Source: a bacterium
Lineage (GTDB): Bacteria; Eisenbacteria; RBG-16-71-46
Direction: 5' to 3'
DNA: 12,786 nucleotides
NCBI GenBank assembly: GCA_043779265.1
Contig: JAYWEM010000038.1
Coordinates: 1-12,786 of the forward strand
A program made the translations under genes and the position numbers. The notes beneath the pieces were generated by a model that saw only the letters and a list, made by a program, of their open reading frames with translations, was not told the DNA's origin and made no database searches. Positions 8,575 through 12,786 of the stretch are shown here, piece by piece (within the stretch, counting starts at the first letter, position 1; every line of letters begins with the position of its first letter).

Positions 8575-8581
8575 GCGCAAC

Positions 8582-10210
8582 ATGAGACCCATCCACGAAG
8601 TCGCGCGCGCACTGGACATCGATCCCGCGAGCCTGGAGCCGTTCGGACACTGGAAGGCCAAACTGTCGCTGGCGTCGTTCGCCGGCAAGCCCGCCCGCGG
8701 CAAGCTCGTGCTGGTCTCGGCCATCACGCCGACACCGGCGGGAGAGGGCAAGACCACGACGAGCGTCGGACTGGCGCAGGGGCTCGCCAAGATCGGGGTG
8801 AGGAGCGCGGTCGCGCTTCGCGAGCCGAGTCTGGGTCCGGTGTTCGGCATGAAGGGTGGTGGGGCCGGTGGCGGCGCCTCCGAGGTGCTGCCGGTCACCG
8901 ACATCAACCTGCACTTCAACGGCGACTTCCACGCCATCTCGAGTGCGCACAATCTACTCTCGGCCCTTGTCGACAATCACTTGCACTTCGGAAGCCCGTC
9001 GGGACTCGACCCGAGACGCGTGACGTGGAAGCGCGTCGTCGACATGAATGACCGATCGCTCCGCAACATCATGGTCGGCTTGGGAGGCCGCACCCAGGGT
9101 GTGCCGCGTGAGGCGGGCTTCGACATCACCGCTGCGAGTGAGGTGATGGCGATCCTCTGCCTGGCCGATGGCGTCGCGGATCTGAAAGCGCGTCTGGCGC
9201 GCATCGTGGTCGGCTATCGAGGCGACCTGACGCCGGTGACGGCGGCCGACATGGGCGCGGTCGGCGCGATGGCGGCGCTGCTCCGCGACGCCATCAAGCC
9301 GAATCTCGTGCAGACGACCGAGGGCGTGCCGGCGTTCCTGCACGGCGGGCCGTTCGCCAACATCGCGCACGGCACCAACTCGATCACCGCCACCAAGGCC
9401 GCACTCGTCTACGCCGACATCGTCGTGACCGAGGCGGGCTTCGCGTTCGATCTGGGCGGCGAGAAGTTCTTCGACATCAATTGCGGCTACGGCGGCTTCG
9501 CGCCGGCCTGCACGGTGCTCGTCGCGACGATCCGCGCGCTCAAGATGCACGGCGGCGTGCCGGTCAAGGAAGTGGGCAAGCCCGACGTGGCGGCCCTGAT
9601 GCGCGGGTTCTGCAATCTCGAGAAGCATCTGGAGAACGTCGCCAAGTTCGGGCAGGCGTGCATCGTCGCCATCAATCACTTCCCGACCGACACGGCCGAG
9701 GAGATCGCGGCTCTAGAGGCGCACTGCAAGTCGCTCGGCGTGACGGCGGTGGTGGCCAAGACGTTCAGCGAAGGCGGCAGCGGGTGCACCGAGCTGGCCG
9801 AGCAGGTGCGCGACCTCGTGGCTCGGACCACGCCCGCCTACACGCCGATCTACGCGTGGGACCAGCCGATCGACCAGAAGATCGAAGCGGTCGCGCGTGA
9901 GATCTACGGCGCTCGTTCGGTGGACTTCACGCCGCAGGCGCGCAAGGAGATGGCGCAGCTCGAGAAGGCGGGATTCGGCAAGTTGCCGGTGTGCATGGCC
10001 AAGACGCAGTACTCGTTCTCGGACGATGCGACCAAGTTCGGACGCCCGAAGGACTTCGTGCTGACGGTGCGCGAGATCCAGTTGGCGGCCGGCGCTGGCT
10101 TCCTCGTGCCCATCACGGGCGAGATCCTGCGGATGCCGGGGTTGCCCAAGGCGCCGAATGCGAGTCGATTCGACCTGTCGGAAGCGGGCGAGATCGTCGA
10201 GAGCGACTGA
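8582..10210 (+). CDS. fhs: Formate--tetrahydrofolate ligase (formyltetrahydrofolate synthetase)
   Basis: Family motifs TPTPAGEGKTTTSVGL, LREPSLGPVFGMKGGGAGGG, INLHFNGDFHAI, GFDITAASEVMAI, HGGPFANIAHG, VTEAGF, CMAKTQYSFSD and MPGLP. ATG 8582 is preferred over GTG 8573. Confidence 0.98.
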   Translation: MRPIHEVARALDIDPASLEPFGHWKAKLSLASFAGKPARGKLVLVSAITPTPAGEGKTTTSVGLAQGLAKIGVRSAVALREPSLGPVFGMKGGGAGGGASEVLPVTDINLHFNGDFHAISSAHNLLSALVDNHLHFGSPSGLDPRRVTWKRVVDMNDRSLRNIMVGLGGRTQGVPREAGFDITAASEVMAILCLADGVADLKARLARIVVGYRGDLTPVTAADMGAVGAMAALLRDAIKPNLVQTTEGVPAFLHGGPFANIAHGTNSITATKAALVYADIVVTEAGFAFDLGGEKFFDINCGYGGFAPACTVLVATIRALKMHGGVPVKEVGKPDVAALMRGFCNLEKHLENVAKFGQACIVAINHFPTDTAEEIAALEAHCKSLGVTAVVAKTFSEGGSGCTELAEQVRDLVARTTPAYTPIYAWDQPIDQKIEAVAREIYGARSVDFTPQARKEMAQLEKAGFGKLPVCMAKTQYSFSDDATKFGRPKDFVLTVREIQLAAGAGFLVPITGEILRMPGLPKAPNASRFDLSEAGEIVESD

Positions 10211-10214
10211 GGGT

Positions 10215-12785
10215 TCAGGCGCCGCCGGATTCGCGAAGCGAAGCGAGGCGTTCTTTGGCGCGTGTGGCGAGTTTGCCCCAGCGCGTGAGCCTCGCTGCAG
10301 GGGTGAGGGCCCGGGTGACGCTCGGGGCCTCACCGAGTTCGCGCTCATCGACCAGGCCGAGTAGCGCCGGTAGCTCCATCCAACCCGCCAGCGACAGGAA
10401 CGAGTCGCGCTCGAAGTGTTCGGCGCCCTTCTCCTCTCGGACCTCGAGCAGCCAACGCGTGTCCGGCTCTTCGAGGAATGCGGCCCAAGCGGCAGTCGAT
10501 GCGCCGATCGAGCGATGGGTGAACAGCAGGCGGAGCCTTGCGGCTGCACGCCAGCCGTCCTCGCTCTCCTCCACGTGGGGCGCGAGTGCGTGCGCGAGCT
10601 GTTCGCGCAGGCGCAGGGTATCGAGCATCTGGATCACGCCCTCGACGGGCGAATCGGGCCACAGCGCTTCGCCGATGGCGTGCAGAAGGGCGTGCGCCGA
10701 GAGCAACGTGTCGCGTACGGCCTCGTGCTCGGAGGCCGGGAGCCACGTGTGCAGGGGGCCGCGCTTGAGGCGGGCGATGCGCTTGCGGAGCGCCTCGAGT
10801 CGCGCGAGCGAGGCGCGCGCTTGCTCGCGCATCTCCGCGTGATCGGGGCCGCGGCGCGACAGGAGCATTGCGACGAGTGCAGCGAAGGTCGCGCACTCCT
10901 CGGCGAGGAGCGCGGCTCGTCCAGGTGAGTCCGTCGCGGCCAGTGCGATCAATCGCTCGAAGGCCTTCTGCGTCGGCGCGATCGCCATGTTCCAGAGCTC
11001 CGCTTCCAGGTCGGCGACGCCCTCGGCGCCTGTGCGGCGCTCGAGTTCGCGCCACGGTCGGGCATCCTCCTCGACGACGCGCCAGTCGACGTACACGCGG
11101 GACTCGTAGGGTCCGAGCCCGATGCGCAGGCCCTGCTCTCTCAGTGCATCGGCGCGGAACAGGTGTTCACGGCCGCGCACGATCTCGCGGCAGCGGACGA
11201 GGCGGTCGCCCGCAGGAAGCGAGAGTCCATTCGCCAGGTCGCGTTGGCGCAGAGTGCGGTCGGCCGACTTGTCGGCGTAGGCGGCGCTCGTCCGGATAAA
11301 GCCACTGGCCTCGCTGTGACGATTGTGGAAGAGCACGAGCGCGGCCTCGGCGCCCGACTGGTTGGAGTAGGCGTAGATGTCCTCGTTCACCTGCCCGCCA
11401 TCCGAGAAGCAATCGTAGAGCAGGAAACCGCGGGCGCCGGCGAACAGCCAGCGCCGATGCAGGACCGGTGAGATGCGACGCCAGTGCTCGTCCCACAGGC
11501 CATCGTCCAGCGGTTCGTCACGCTGCGCTCGGCGGAACTCCATGCCGTACTTCTCCTCGAATCCCTCCAACTGACCGTGCCCGAACATGGGCAGGCCGGG
11601 CAGCGTCACCATGACGAGGCACGTGCCCCAGTACTTCTCGCCTCGCCCGAACTGGTCGGCCGCAGTCTTCTCATCCGGGTTGTTGAGGAAGTTGACGTAG
11701 CGCTGCAGCACGTCGGGGTCGAACTCGAGCGTGTTCTTGATGACGCTGCGGTAGTTCGCATTCTCCTCATCGCGCAGCATGTTCATGAACGCGCTGTTGT
11801 AGACGCGGTGCATGCCGAGCGTGCGGACGAAGTAGCCCTCCATCATCCAGAACGCCTCGGCCAGCAGGAGCGTTCCCGGAGCCTCGGCGGCAACGCGGTC
11901 CACGACCTCGCGCCAGAACTCGAGTGGCATCGCGTGGTCGAACGACTCCTGCGACCGGGCGTGCCCGGAGCGCGAGGGGATGGATCCGCCGGCGCCTGGT
12001 TCGGGGTGCCAGAGGCGGCGGATGTGGCGGCGTGCGAGCGTCATCGCGGCATCGAAGCGGATGATGGGGAATCGCCGCGCGACCGCGAGGATCGTCTGGA
12101 TCACCTGTTCGCGCGTCGCCGGGTTCAGGTAGTCGAGCTGGGCCGTGTCGTTCCACGGGAAGCTGGTGCCGTCGTTGCCGTGATACACGAAGCGGTGGGC
12201 GCCGCTCTGGCGGTCGATGGTGCGGAACACGACCGCGGCATCGGTGCGGTCGTAGTAGTGGTCCTCGAGCTGGATGGTCATGCGACTGTCGCTCGAGAGG
12301 TCCGGGCCATCGAACGTGTAGCTGGGGTACGGGCTGTGATCGAGCGACAGGAACCACTCGGGGTGCTCGATCAGCCAATGTGAGTCGAGGCCCATGTGGT
12401 TCGGCACCATGTCGCTGGCGAGCCGGATGCCGCGCGCCGCGGCACGGTCGCGCAGGTCCCGATACGCCGACTCGCCGCCCAGGTCGGACGCGATCGCATA
12501 ATCCTCGAGCGAGTACGCGGATGCCGCGGCCTCAGGCTGACCCATGCGGCGTTTGATCTGCTGCGAGGCGCTGCTGCGCTCCCACAGTCCGATCAACCAC
12601 AGCGAGTTGATCCCGAAGCGAGCGAGCGTGTCGAGCTCCTCATCGGGCACTTCATCGAGCCGGGTGATGCTGCGCTGATGTCGGCGCGAGATCTGGTCGA
12701 GCCAGACGTAGGTGCTCTTGGCCATGAGCAGCGTGGTCGGCATCCATTCCGCATCGCGGCTGAAGCGCTCGTACTCGATATCGGC
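10215..12785 (-). CDS. Large alpha-amylase family (GH13) glycoside hydrolase, 5' end outside the window
   Basis: The frame stays open past Met 12743 to the edge (ADIEYERFSRDAEWMP...). GH13 conserved regions: DMVPNH (I), RFDAAM (II, nucleophile Asp), LLAEAFW (III, acid/base Glu), FLNNPDE (IV), then TLPGLPMFGHGQ. Confidence 0.93.
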   Translation of the reverse strand, partial: ADIEYERFSRDAEWMPTTLLMAKSTYVWLDQISRRHQRSITRLDEVPDEELDTLARFGINSLWLIGLWERSSASQQIKRRMGQPEAAASAYSLEDYAIASDLGGESAYRDLRDRAAARGIRLASDMVPNHMGLDSHWLIEHPEWFLSLDHSPYPSYTFDGPDLSSDSRMTIQLEDHYYDRTDAAVVFRTIDRQSGAHRFVYHGNDGTSFPWNDTAQLDYLNPATREQVIQTILAVARRFPIIRFDAAMTLARRHIRRLWHPEPGAGGSIPSRSGHARSQESFDHAMPLEFWREVVDRVAAEAPGTLLLAEAFWMMEGYFVRTLGMHRVYNSAFMNMLRDEENANYRSVIKNTLEFDPDVLQRYVNFLNNPDEKTAADQFGRGEKYWGTCLVMVTLPGLPMFGHGQLEGFEEKYGMEFRRAQRDEPLDDGLWDEHWRRISPVLHRRWLFAGARGFLLYDCFSDGGQVNEDIYAYSNQSGAEAALVLFHNRHSEASGFIRTSAAYADKSADRTLRQRDLANGLSLPAGDRLVRCREIVRGREHLFRADALREQGLRIGLGPYESRVYVDWRVVEEDARPWRELERRTGAEGVADLEAELWNMAIAPTQKAFERLIALAATDSPGRAALLAEECATFAALVAMLLSRRGPDHAEMREQARASLARLEALRKRIARLKRGPLHTWLPASEHEAVRDTLLSAHALLHAIGEALWPDSPVEGVIQMLDTLRLREQLAHALAPHVEESEDGWRAAARLRLLFTHRSIGASTAAWAAFLEEPDTRWLLEVREEKGAEHFERDSFLSLAGWMELPALLGLVDERELGEAPSVTRALTPAARLTRWGKLATRAKERLASLRESGGA

Positions 12786-12786
12786 C

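Noticed and set aside
8431..8581. ZTP (pfl) or THF riboswitch upstream of fhs
   Set aside because: GCCCGCCCGAGGCTGGGTA only loosely resembles the ZTP 3' hairpin, the 5' GACTGRCG element is missing, and the promoter geometry suggests a leaderless mRNA.
8431..8976. N-terminal 182 aa of the track's 881-aa ORF (6331..8976)
   Set aside because: It is mostly the antisense shadow of fhs plus intergenic DNA. Sigma-like sequence begins only after Met 8430, which has a GGAGG upstream.
8582..10210. fhs as evidence of acetogenesis (Wood-Ljungdahl pathway)
   Set aside because: No folD, metF, acs or fdh genes are nearby, and fhs is widespread in non-acetogens for one-carbon supply.

Overview
High-GC bacterial DNA. 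The protein style suggests an FCB-allied candidate phylum such as Ca. Eisenbacteria, but that is inference only. Six genes are supportable: (1) a secreted modular protein of at least 930 aa with TIG-like, MAM/jelly-roll-like and three CARDB-like modules; it runs off the left edge on the minus strand and is missing from the ORF track; (2) a 292-aa secreted protein ending in a Cys-rich module and a 'SWGSIKTTYR' tail; (3) an AcoR-like GAF/AAA+/Fis sigma54 activator; (4) a membrane-anchored fusion of a degenerate ECF sigma factor, a zinc anti-sigma (ZAS) finger, a TM helix and a carboxypeptidase-regulatory-like domain; (5) fhs; (6) a large GH13 alpha-amylase-family protein that runs off the right edge. 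The strongest unexplained signal is divergent from the activator. A near-consensus -24/-12 sigma54 promoter with paired UAS-like sites points into about 385 bp with no credible protein gene. That stretch begins with a ~110-nt segment whose two ends base-pair, a candidate sigma54-driven sRNA. No mobile element, CRISPR array, tRNA or rRNA was seen.
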